A stretch of 64,000 nucleotides of DNA from Azolla caroliniana. Lineage: Eukaryota > Plantae > Polypodiophyta. The DNA lies in NCBI GenBank assembly GCA_043228905.1, contig JBHGNT010000008.1:20150001-20214000 (forward strand), given 5' to 3'. Position 1 is the first letter of the stretch; every line of letters starts with the position of its first letter. The notes below the pieces were generated by a model that saw only the letters and a list, made by a program, of their open reading frames with translations, ran no database searches and was not told where the DNA came from. Shown one piece after another: positions 26,382 to 38,559 of the stretch. The translations under genes and the position numbers were made by a program.

Positions 26382-27600
26382 TTAACACGAGAGATTTGAA
26401 CCTGGGTCTACACCCAAGGTTGAGCAAAAGGACTTGTAGAAGGCGATACGGCTTTGTCGGCCAGTCGGGTTTGAAGGGTTGCTTCCACACTCGAGGTCCC
26501 CATTGATGGCCTGGATCGTGGCGCCAAACCCGATTCCATTGACCATGGCATTGTGGCATGTTGGGGAGCCACCGGTCATCCACGCCCATACGGCCGTCTT
26601 GAATGAGATGGCAGGGTCGGACGCGACGATGCCGGGGTTGTTGATTCCATCGAAGCCAATGGCATCTCCGGCTGCCTTGTAGTTGTAGTTCCATGAGAGT
26701 TGGATGGGGCCACGGCCGTAGTACTGTTGGCCGGATGCGCACGGGACACCGGATGACGTGTCACAATAAGTGCCCTTGATAACCTCCTCCACGTATTGTC
26801 CACCTGTGAGACCACAGAGAATAGTTATTATATGTACATAGTTGAGACCAAAGAAAGGCAATGGGCATGACATCATTATTAAAAAGTATAGGGAACTTAC
26901 TTCCGGTCTCGTGGGCCATGTTGGCGAAGAATGCGGCTAACTCGCGCTTCTGGACGGTGGAGCTGCCGCTCGTGCCGAAGCCGCTGTAGGCGGAAGCCGC
27001 GGCCAGGAAGGCGGCGTAGGTGTAGAAGCCGCTGGCCGGGGCGGAGCTCCTCTGCGGGAGGAACTGGTTGAAGATGCTGCTCGTGATGATGGCGGAGACG
27101 CCACTTCCGGTTGAGCTGCTGGAGGAGGAAGTGCAGGGCCCGCTCTGGCAGCCGGTGCCGCAGTAATCGCTGGTGGAGCCGCAGTAACCGTACTGGCTGC
27201 AGCAAAGGTCGGAGTCGCACGGCGGGTTGCAGCCGCCGCCGGAGGAGGAGGAGGAGGAGGAGGTGCAGGGCCCGCTCTGGCAGCCGGTTCCGCAGTAGTC
27301 GCTAGTGGAGCCGCAGTAGCCGTACTGGCTGCAGCAGAGGTCGGAGTCGCACGGCGGGTTGCAGCCGCCGCCGGAGGAGGAGGAGATGCAGGGCCCGCTC
27401 TGACAACCGGTTCCACAGTAGTCGCTGGTGGAGCCGCAGTAGCCGTACTGGCTGCAGCAGAGATTATCGGCGCACGTGGCGCCTCCGGCTTCGCTGCCAC
27501 AGTCCTGGGCAGCGACGCCGGCGGAGATGAGCAGCGCCGCCAAGAGAACGGCACCTACTCCGCCGATGTACTGCCGCTGCGTTGTGGCCATAGAACTCAT
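26382..27600 (-). CDS. Secreted GH19 chitinase (class IV-like catalytic domain) with three tandem hevein/CBM18 domains; exons 27600-26901 and 26803-26382; 373 aa
   Basis: Signal peptide ...AGVAA/QDC; three [24 protein letters not shown] modules with poly-Ser/Gly linkers; [39 protein letters not shown]; GTAAGT...CAG intron gives a 1122-nt open frame. Confidence 0.95.
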
Positions 27601-27689
27601 TCAAAAATAAATTAGATAAAAATAAATTAGATAAAAATAATTAGAATAATTTGATGGATTTATTTGTATGTGACAAGAACCTCCTCTTG

Positions 27690-27880
27690 TTTATGTTTAT
27701 ATAGACATAGAGATGTAGTTAGTTAGTCCTTGGTTGACTCGAGACTCGGTCACCATTTGTCTGTTGGGGCATATTCGAGCATATTACTTCTTCATGGTCG
27801 GCGAATAAATATGTGACAATCTCCCGGACCCACTAGAAGACGTTCGGCTAGTGTCAAGTTAATATGGTTGACTGCAACCA
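27690..27880 (-). promoter_or_regulatory. Chitinase proximal promoter: TATA box and W-boxes
   Basis: CTATATAAA (minus, 27696-27704) ~95 bp upstream of the ATG; TTGACT at 27734 and 27868. Confidence 0.55.
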
Positions 27881-29919
27881 AAACGAGGTATAGAGTGGTC
27901 GTATGCTGACTCGATATAAATCAATAATGTCAGCCCACTTTACTAACAAGCAAGTAGGGCACAATCTTTTTCATGATTTAACCTTATTTTCATGAGTTGT
28001 CACGTCCACGATCATTGGGAGAATGTAATTGACACTAATCAAGTATAGAACCCTATCCAATATATGTATCACAACACGACACTTTTGCACGATATGCTAT
28101 TGATCATTCTTGAAACCAAGGGAGTTCATTATATTTTAAGACATTAATAATTCTTAAAACAAGGGAAGTTCATCATATTTAATGAGTTTGTCGACACATT
28201 TGAAACCCCTAATAATGACTTTTTGAATTATTTCAAAGACCTTTTTGTATGTGTATACTAATGAGTCAATTAACTAATAAAAATATTCCTTGAAGTCTCA
28301 AATTTAGATTTACCCTATGGAGAGTTTAGAAACAAAACTTCTTTTCAACAGTCTTCTAATGCCCTTTCAATCTTATTTCTGTTGTATTGTCAATTGGACT
28401 AAGCTTTCTTTTACTCTGCCTCAATTCAGTAGATCAAGTGGAGATAGGTTGTGTTGCCAAACATTTTCCACTCCAAGCAATTTGGTAAATATAACCACCG
28501 ATTCTTGTTTCAGGTCAAGATATATTGAACATTAATGGATATTTTCTACATTGATTTCTTTGACTATGCGACCCGCTTAGGGATGTAGTAGTGGTAATTC
28601 ACTACAATGTGTATTAGGCTCACATTGAGCATAAGGGGTTTGTGTTAATTGCACACTATTAAGAATGGGAATGTGCCTAGCACGCTACTAAGAATGAAGA
28701 TGCACGCTACTAAGGATGGAGATGCGCGCTCAAGTTGAAAAGAGAAAATCAACATTTTGACTACCATGAATATTTGAGGATAATAAATCAATGAAGATGT
28801 TACTCAATTAAGTCAATGAGCAACTGGCCATGGGAGATGAGGGAAGAGTTATACCATGATGAAAACGGTGGGAATTTTCTATTCCACGGAAAGTTAGGCT
28901 AGTTGTCTCCTCTACATAAATTATGAATTGCCCAAATGGGAACTCAATATTAACAAATACTCACATTATCAATGAACATAGGGATGTAGTTAGTCACCAC
29001 ATACTATCTCAACTGGACTTTATAAACATTTTTCTTAGCAAGACATGCCATGTTCGAGCAAAAAGGTTGTCATGTTCTCAAACTAATGCAAAACTACTTG
29101 ACGTGACCAGAAAAATGTGTGGAAAGTGTCAGATGAATATGGTTGATTGGAAGTAGTAGGATTTATGAACTCAATATGGCCAAACAATGTTTGCCCACTT
29201 TACTTAGGAGCAAGGGGTGAATTGTCTTGTACATGGTCGTTGGGAGAACCTAATTGACACTTATGAAGTATAGAACCCTACCCACTATTAGAACATAATA
29301 CTTTTTCACGATATGCTCTTCATCATTCTTGAAACAACACGTGTTCATTATGATATGTACCCATTGTTCTACAACAATCGTTGAAAATCTCGTATCTCCA
29401 CCAAATACAAAATCTTGCATCTTGTCCCCTATTGAGGACCGCTTGTGATGACGCAACGTGATTGGTTTCTTTTCTGTGTGTGTGTGTGTATACAAAATTC
29501 AGGACGAATTGCAATTTCTAACAATATCTAGCTATCATACCTTACCTCTCACTATTTGGAGGTCACATTAACTTCACTATTTGGAATCTCCGCTATTTAA
29601 ATGTAGGGGCGAACCTAGACCTTTACCAACTATGTAAAGAGATATGAAACTCCAAACAAGTTGAGATTTCTAACATCATCAATAGACTTGGACAACACAA
29701 AATACTCAACGAATTGAGATAATTTGCAATGTCAATAACCATTGGATGTTAATTTTTGGAAGTTAGTCTTTCTTTTATAAATGTAGCTTCGGCAAAGAGT
29801 GAAGAGTGAAGATGCATCTATTATTTAATGATCTCGAATGTTACAACATGGACATGTTCATGTGATGGCCAAAGTACATCATGGCAAGAGGTATTATTTA
29901 GCAAAAGGGCCAAAGTACA

Positions 29920-30390
29920 TCTCAAATGTTGTTGGGCGGTTGGGTTCGAGGGGTTGACTCCACACTCGAAGCCCCCATTGATCGCACGGATCATGGCACT
30001 GAACCCAATGCCATTCACCATGGCATCGTGATGCATTGGAGAAGATCTTCTCATCTAGAACCAAACAGACGTCTCGAAGGAGATGTTGGGATCGGAGTTG
30101 TTGATTCCGTCGAAGCCGATGGCATCTCCGGCATCCTTGTAGTTGTAGTTCCACTAGAGTTGGATGGGGCTGCAGCCGAAGTACTGTTGCAGTACGTGTC
30201 CTTGTTAATCTCCTCCACATATTGTCCACCTAAGACCATAAATATATATACATGTACCAACACATCATGGTTTCATAGATCAAAATACACACACACACAC
30301 ACACACACATAGGGTCTTTCGTTACTGTCTGTTTTATGTCACAATACTTCCTGTCTCGTGCGCGATGTTGGCAAAGGATGCTGAGAGCTC
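29920..30390 (-). pseudogene. GH19 chitinase pseudogene 1 (N-terminus and hevein array deleted)
   Basis: ELSASFANIAHETG, same intron position, [30 protein letters not shown] with frameshifting deletions; joined directly to 5' UTR/TATA-homologous DNA at 30391-30450. Confidence 0.9.
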
Positions 30391-31199
30391 TTGATTTATT
30401 TGTATGTCATGTCGAGAACGTCCTCTTGTATGTGTTTATATATACATACATATGTATTATAGTCACTTGCAAGCATGCGCTCAAGCACGTTTGAGGATGT
30501 CTAATATATAATTGTCCATATATTATGGTTCTTTGTCTTCTATTGCTGCTTAGAATGTGTAGTATGTTCATAATAATCAAACTATTATGTTTGTTTGTCT
30601 TCCATTGCTGCTTACATTGGGTAGTGTGTTGATGATGGTCGATGCCACACTGTCCCATTAGTTGCAAAACCTTGGAGTACACCTCTCATCAATATCCACA
30701 TGTTTCATACGCTTGTACTTTAACTAACGTTATCATTCGGAGTTCAATCCCATGAGAATCACCTAAGGATTAGATTGCATCAACTTTAAACACAAGTATT
30801 GAAAGCCTTAATAAGTTTGTTATTTCAATCACATTATCCTAAGGTTCACTATCTTACATTGCGAATAATTATATACATACGAGTATATGGGTAAAACCAT
30901 AAATTATACCTCATTTTATTAACATGGATACAATTACACCTCATATGTTTTGGCTAACTTACCAAACAAATATAAGTCTTCATTTGAGTGTTTTCCATGT
31001 CACACAAAATTGTGATATTGAGCCATTGTTGAACTTTATTATAATCGCATTAACATATCAACAATTCCAAACTTAACTGAATTTCACATGTTCTTCACTC
31101 AGAGACCTATCATGTTTTATTAATTTTGCAAATTCTAATCAAGTTGTGGAACATGTGATACTAGTGCATCCAATTTTTGTAGAGAGGGTATATTTGGAT

Positions 31200-32588
31200 A
31201 TTTGCAAAAGGAATCTACAAGTGGAATGCGCAATCCTTCCACTTCTAAACGTGAGTGTGTTCTAGTCATCAGGATGCATCCGAATCAGATTATAGCCATT
31301 GAATCCATCGAGGAAACTATATATTTCATGTCCAACCACTACACCAAGGACTCCATCTGTCAATGGTAACAAAAAGGCATTCGTCAATGTGGCAGCATTC
31401 GGCTTTCAATAGTCAACACATAATCTAATCTTACCATTCTTTTGAGGGACCATGATTATTGGACTCAGCCAAGTAGCCTTTTGACTGGTTGGATAAAACC
31501 AACTCAGAACAACTTGTCGATTTCCTCTTTTACCTTTACTGCATAGTCTGGATTCAAGCCATACCGCCTTAGCTGTATTGGCTTGGCATCTTTATGTAGA
31601 TTAATCTGATCCTGGTAGAATGCCGGATTGAGCCCCTTCATATCTTCAAACGACCACGCAAACACATTGCTATATTGCCGTAGTAGTTCGGCCAATCTTG
31701 TATTGTCGGCCAACTGCATCTCTTTCAGTATGAGCATTATTTTCGGCTTTGAATCATTGTCGGCGAGATTTAACTCCTCGAGTGCTGAAGCCTATACTCA
31801 TTGAGATACTTGTATTTCCCTCTCCATTGCTTCTTGTTGTAGGCATAACTCCCTTAGAGTTTTCTCATCGACCTACACCTCATCCTTCTTCTCGTTGTCT
31901 CTGAGATATGGCATAAGTACTTTGATGATGTCAATTTCAAATAAAGGAATAATCTTGAGATTGTCTTCAAAATATTGATGCTCTTCTCCATTATCAAGCC
32001 CCCTCGATCATATTGATAACTTCCACATATAACAACACACATTACTGTGATGTCGCCACCTTTTCTTGAGTCGACACTCAAATATTTGTCTTGCCTTCCT
32101 AGAATGTCAGAATATTCTTTTGCCAATTGTGTTTGATGTTGGCCGTTCTAAGCCATGGTCTTCCCAATAGGAGAGGATACGCTCTTGGTGCCTCCAAATG
32201 AAGTACGACAGCCAATATTTAAAATGTATGGCCGCCAATGACAATATCAAGCTGTCATATCAGCCCTAGTGGTGGGACCATGCTAGTGTCGGCCATTCCA
32301 AGCCAAAAAGGACATGCTTCCTATGTGGTGATGCCTAGCTGATCACAGGTAGTCTTGTTAATGACATTACCCCCGGAGCCTCCATCAACTATGCTACCCG
32401 ACATTTCTTGGCCATGAATGATGACCATAATTATCGAACTCTACTCGTCCATAACTGTCAGTCCTTTGACTGGATTATTAAAATTGACCGATACTTTTTC
32501 CGACTTGTTCTTGGTGATAATGGTAGTGACCCTTTTTGTGAATCGAGGCATTACTTTCAATAATCATACCAATGGTAATGATACCTAA
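31200..32588 (-). mobile_element. Highly degenerate non-chromovirus Gypsy pol fragment (PR-RT)
   Basis: IVDGGSG protease motif (~32390), VFAWSFEDMKGL, GKIRLCVDY, YSFLDGFNGYN. Confidence 0.8.
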
Positions 32589-33480
32589 TGTAAAGGATTG
32601 TGTGTATGTGTGTGCATGTAAGACAAGCAGAGAGGTAGAGAGAGAGAGAGATCGAACAAGAAACTGTATATTACATCCAACAGTAACTACGTTACAAAAG
32701 GTTGGTTTAAATACCAACTAATCTAGGGCAAGTGCCCTTTCTATATTTATAAAACTAGCCTAGTATGTCCATGAGCTAGTGTGAAAACTATCTCTATGGG
32801 AAGTTAAGTTCGACTCTCAACATGCACGCCCCTTCAAACACAACTTCCATTTGTCGAAAAATTGTTTCAGTTCAGTCATCAGAGTACTTTGATTCGAATG
32901 AATTGGCTTTCGGCTTTCGAAATCTTCAAACTTCGCTGGTTGGCTTCGATCGGCTGATTGGCTACTTCCGTGTTGGCTGCTTATCGACTGCTTTCGTGTC
33001 ACCTACTATACTCCCCCTCAAGCTCGACAATGTAGATACCGTGAGACCAAGGTCGAATGCGAATTGCCTGAGCTTGTCGACCCCTAAGGCCTTCGTAAAG
33101 ATGTCAACAATTTGAAGGTTCGTACTGATGTGTTGAAGATCGATTTCGCTGGCCTAAACGTGCTCGCAAATGAAGTGATAGTGCACTTCGATATGTTTAG
33201 TCTGCGCATGAAACACGGGGTTCCGGGCTAGGTAGATACTGCTCATGTTGTCATAGTAGAGAATAATCGGATCCTTGATGGGTATGCCTAGCTCCTTCAG
33301 TATACACTTGAGCCAGACGGCTTCACATGCAGTGGCTGCGGCGCCCTTGTATTCAACATCCATGCTCAACAGTGGAACTGTCGGTTGCTTCTTACTGCTC
33401 CAAGAGATCGCTCCGCTGCCGAGAGAGAAGACGAATCCGGATGTAGATCGTCTATCTTCCTTATATCCGGCCCAATCCGC
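32589..33480 (-). mobile_element. 3' end of a family-A Copia (RNase H and 3' LTR 32589-32822)
   Basis: ADWAG, ACEAVWL, KHIEVHYHF; LTR TGTTGAG...TTTACA. Confidence 0.85.
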
Positions 33481-36400
33481 TATCGTGCCTTTCGGCTCCG
33501 GATCATTGCATGAGTCGGGTGGGAACCACTGAGGTTTTGGACTAGGAGAAAGAAGAATATGAGATAAGGCTAGTAATCAATAGGTAGAAAGAGAGGTAAG
33601 TTATGAATCTCGTGAATACCACGAGTTTAGTATCTTCAATCAATATTTAGATAGTAAGAGACAATTTAGATGACAAATTTGTGAATCCCACGAATATATT
33701 ATATTGGTCAATCCTTACAAAATAATCAACCCCCAAATACATCTTTCTCTCTTCCTTATATAGTGATGGAAGAGACTAAGCATAGCATTATGCTTTCCAT
33801 AAAGTGTTCATGCACTCTAGGTGTGCATGAGTTGCCTCCTCTCAACCATGATTTCCATTTCCTAAATATAGTGTTCATGCACGCTAAGCATGCATGAGTA
33901 ACTTTTCTTTTGTGTGCTTGTTTCTTCTAAATAAATCTTTCACTCACTCTAAAAGTGCATGATTTTCCTTCTTATAAAAGTAGGATTAAATATAAGTCAT
34001 ATATCACTTATGATAAGTTATTACAATAGTAAATTTTGGGTTTATTTACATGGAGGTATAGGGTTCAAATCATGCCCTATGCATGTAACAATCTTTTCTT
34101 CTATTTACAAATTTGTCTCTTCATCCAGTGAGAGACTCTCACCAGCCTTCTTTATCCGACTCTTGCCGGTTCTGATTGATCCGGTTCTTACCGGGTCTCC
34201 TTACCGGGTCCTCCTTATCGGTTCCTCCTTGTCTCATCCGGAGGGACCAAAATGCAATTTTCACGTAGTGTGCGAATTACACTACGACACTTGCCCCCTC
34301 CAAAGCCACACATCCTCCGGTATGTGCCGAAGTTCCTGATGCTTGTTGTTCGTCTTCATCCATAGCACTTTCCAATTCCTCCCTTATATCAACTATCAAT
34401 TGTAGACCACTTTCTTCGCTTTCTGCATCACCACGAGCTTTGTCTGATTGCTCCTCATTGTCGGTCTTGTGTAAGCTTACATAAGGTTCTATGTCAGTCC
34501 GTTTCTTGAAAATCTTCACCCGTTTCCCCGCTATAGGCACCTGTAGTACTGTTCCATCCAACTCACATAGTCGGTAAGTTTCGTTGTCGAAAACTTTCCG
34601 AACCTCATATAACCCGAACCACCTTTTCGCGAACTTCTATATCGTTGTATGTTAATGATCCAGACTACTGTCTTAGACAATCACCCAATCGCCTTCTTCA
34701 ATCTTCCGCGGTCGTAGTCGATGCTTTGTGTCGAATCGGCTTTTGTTCCAGAATCACAGTTCTTGTTGTCGGGATGTTGCTTCCGATATGTCTCCCGGTC
34801 TTCCCTCCAGTTGTCGTATCTAGACCGCGAGTAGTTCTTCCTGGCTCATCTCTTCCTTCCACGACATCACTTCTTTCATAGCTTGAATCACATCGATCTT
34901 GGTTGGTGACAGTCTTTGGCCGTAGGGCCCACATAGATGTCCGACTACCAACATTTCTTCTTGTCCGAATGCCGATTTCTCTCCGAAAAGTGTTAGGTGC
35001 ACATCTTTTAACTTTCGTAGCACTTTCTCGCAATCACGAATATGGTCGACTACGAACTGTCGGCATCCCCGATCATCCATACTCTCATCTTTTTCTTCCA
35101 TCACGCATCCTTTCATCGGAATGTCATCTAGGAACATCATCGTTATCTCCGGAATGCAGTCTCGGAGCACCTTGTTCATTGCATTCATCATATGTGTGAC
35201 CGAGTTCATTGCGCTTTGTGGAAGTGTGCACATACGGACTAATCCTATCGGTGTTCGCATGGTAGTGATGTCTCGGCTCTCCACGGCTAGTTGGAATTGG
35301 ACATACCCGGAGTATAGGAGTATATTGCGCGTCCGGCAAACGCTTCCGCAAATTGGTCATACCCGGAGTATAGGTCTCCGATGGAGTATATTGCACGTCC
35401 GGCAAACGCTTCCGCAAATTCGTCCACTATCGGACCGACTCCGGAGTTCCTGATCGTGACCTTGTTCACCGGTTGCAAGTCTTGAATAAACCGGAGTGAC
35501 CCATTCTTCTTCGGAACCGTAAACCATCGATTTAAGTATGGAGCGTTTGATGTCTCTAGAATCCCCATCGCCACCTTCTCCTTGAGCAAGTCGATGACTT
35601 TTGGAATATGCGCCCGTGGCACCGGAATCGGCTTCAGGTTCCACGGCACATGATCAATCGTGAAGATCACCATCAGCTCCACTATCTTCGTATCAACATC
35701 TCCTTCGACGTGAATGCAAATGCTTTTCCATGTTGTTCCAACATCTAAGGAAACAGTTCTTCTTCTTTCTGTAAGAGGAAACCACCTCCACCGATACGAA
35801 GTTTTTTCCGGGTCTCATCCGTGAAGGCATGTCCGATATCCACAAACTTTCGAAGTGTCGGATCTCCCGAGACTTCTTTCCTCTTTTGTTCGCTATCGGC
35901 GGATAGCGGTCCCACGACCGGTTTCACTTTCTTCTCCATGGTCTTGTATTTCATACTTACCATTGCTTCTTCTTTGCAGAGCGCATCCAGCCCCATTTTC
36001 ATAATGATCTCATACATCTCGACCGATTCCACCGGAACTACCCGGTCTCCCTAGCTATTTTCTTTCGCAAGCTCTTCAAGCCGTTGTAGCGTGCTCCCAT
36101 AGAACACTTCTTTGACTACTCCCACGATTTCTTCATCTTCTTTTATTATTGATGCCAACCATAACTTATCCTCTATATTTCAGTATTCTTTCTTCATTCC
36201 TCCGGTTACGGCCGTGTACGTAGATGCCCCATCTGGACCGATTTGTACTTGTTTTGCTCCAAGAGTTTTCTTCCTATGTGGGGTATCAAGGCTTCTTGGA
36301 ATATCACTTCCCCACTCCGCAACAGTCCGCTCTAAAAATCCATCTTTGTTTGGGACAAGAGCTCCCTCTTGTTCCTTTCATGATTCGCAGGCATAGTTAG

Positions 36401-38559
36401 GAATTAGATGGATTTCCCTCCGCCTTGACTCCGAATTCGTGCGAAAGCCGCACCACTATCGAGCACTGTCGAGCACCTTCGTCTCCATCCGTGATGCCGT
36501 GATAAAGGGTTGCCCGAGGATCACGGAGTGTGAAACCTCATCTTGCACGAAGAAATGTTGGTCTATCTCCACATCTCCGATCTTCACTGTCACATCCGGA
36601 CAAGCCACAAATAGGTCTTCTGTTGCTTTAGTGGCTGCCCGGATCATCCATCCATGATTAGTGTTAATAGGCCACTTCCCCTTCCGATAGAACTCCTTCG
36701 ACATCAAGTTGATCTCCGATCCGTGATCAATCAATGCTAGTGCGGGCTCTTTGATGTTGCTGATTCGGACCGCAGTCTCCGTAGTTGCACGTGCCCAATG
36801 TGGCCTTGTGTAGTGAGAGTTCGGAATTTCGTCCTCCAATTCGGTGTCATTCATTAAAACGGTATTTGCATTCAACCTTGGAGCATTTTCCTCTGTACTT
36901 TGTCTTTTTCTCTTCACGAGATCCACAAGAAGATCGTGAAACTCCTTCTTCGCTATTCCGAGTAATTCCCGAAGCGAAAATTCTACCTAGCTATCGAGGA
37001 TTCTTTCCTCGAACACCTTTTTCAAGTCCGTTTGTTGTTCGATGTTCGAGGCGAGCTTGAATGCTGGATTCGTCCTTTTTTTTCCCTTCCCTCCGGAGTT
37101 CCAGCTTTCCGGTGTCTTCGATGGTCCGACCGCATCATCCGTGCACCATCGTTTCTCGTCTATATACACTTCATGCAATTGACATAAGGCGTACACGCTA
37201 TTCTTATCAACGGGGCACTCCCATCTTGTAGCTTCACGGATGCCTTCCGTGGTGCTTCAGATCTCATTGGATTCAGTTTTCTCAAGGTTTTCTAGCACAT
37301 CTGGCCAAAAAGACAAGTTTTCTCCCGATGACTCACTCACACTTATTCCCGCAGTTGTTGCATAATTACCTTTCGCCGCTATTTCCTCCTCTAGGACCTT
37401 CTTCATGCCACCTTTCCCGAAGTTTGGTCGGAGTGGCTTCCGAGAGTTCATCGAATGAATCCGATTTCCCTCGTAGGAGATAAGATCCCGTCGTAATGCC
37501 TCCTTGTGCTCGTCGCAATCTCTCCGATCATGTTCAATGCTATTGCACCATATGCATCGACGGTCCATGTACTTGGAACTTGTGGGACGGTCTTCCAACT
37601 TCTTCACCATCGCGATTTTCAGATTCTCCATATCTTTCAGCAACTACTCCACCGTGGTTGCATCGATTCCCTTCTCGGTAGTCTCCCGAGCCGACGGTTG
37701 ATGGTCTTCCAATCCGCTTCTTGGTTTCGAAATTGGTTCCGAAACCCTCTTCTCTTCAAGCCATTGCCCCCCCTCTTTGTGTATCGTCCGACGATGTCCT
37801 GCACGTTTTCCCATGTATTGGTGAGGCCACTCTCAGTAGTCATGTCCTCTAGAAGCACTCCAAGATCTTTCCAGTCCCGGACATCCACAGCTCGCAAGAA
37901 CATGATGACTTTGTCCGGTGCGAGAATAGCTTGATATCTCACGGACAATATCCCGAACCGACTTTCGAATGACGAAAACACATCGAGAACTTTTAACCCC
38001 TTGTTTGGCGTTTCCACCCAATCTTCAAATCCCCTCCGCGTTGCCTTGGAGGAGTCCTCGATGGTGAACATGGTCTTTAGCGCTTCTTCAAATGCTCCCC
38101 ACGTCGGATTTTGTTTTCGTATCCCGTGGATACTCCCTTGAAGCCCGTCGGTAGCCACCCGATTGAAGGATGTCACTTGCAATCCTTCCAATATTCCGCA
38201 CTGTAGCATTTCCACCTTGTAATCCCGCAGATATCATGACACATCCTTCCCGTTGAATTGCCCGTTCCGTTGCACGAGCCGCTCTACTGCCGCCGCAATC
38301 TCCGACATCAAGCGTTGTTCTTGTAGCATCCACTCGAACATCGCCATCATATTATTAGCCTCCATCTCCTTCCCACCCGTTTTCACATTGGGTTCACCAC
38401 TTGTATCGTGCCTTTCGGCTCCGGATCGTTGCATGAGTCGGGTGGGAACCACTGAGGTTTTGGACTAGGAGAAAGAAGAATATGAGATAAGGCTAGTAAT
38501 CAATAGGTAGAAAGAGAGGTAAGTTATGAATCTCGTGAATCCCATGAGTTTAGTATCTT
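33481..38559 (-). mobile_element. Phygy-like Gypsy element 2 (3' LTR 33481-34289; 5' LTR 38404-38559, truncated; RH-INT largely deleted)
   Basis: Matching LTR ends, PPT GGAGGGGGCAAG next to 34289, degenerate tRNA-Trp PBS, LIDHGSEINL, DLYSGYDQF, FLDDI. Confidence 0.9.

Noticed and set aside
26937-27554. Long Pro/Ala-rich alternative-frame ORFs over the chitinase exon
   Set aside because: Shadows of very high GC3 codon usage.
35320-35420. Repeated FAEAFAGRAIYS peptide in RT
   Set aside because: Local duplication in a dead copy; absent from the related element.
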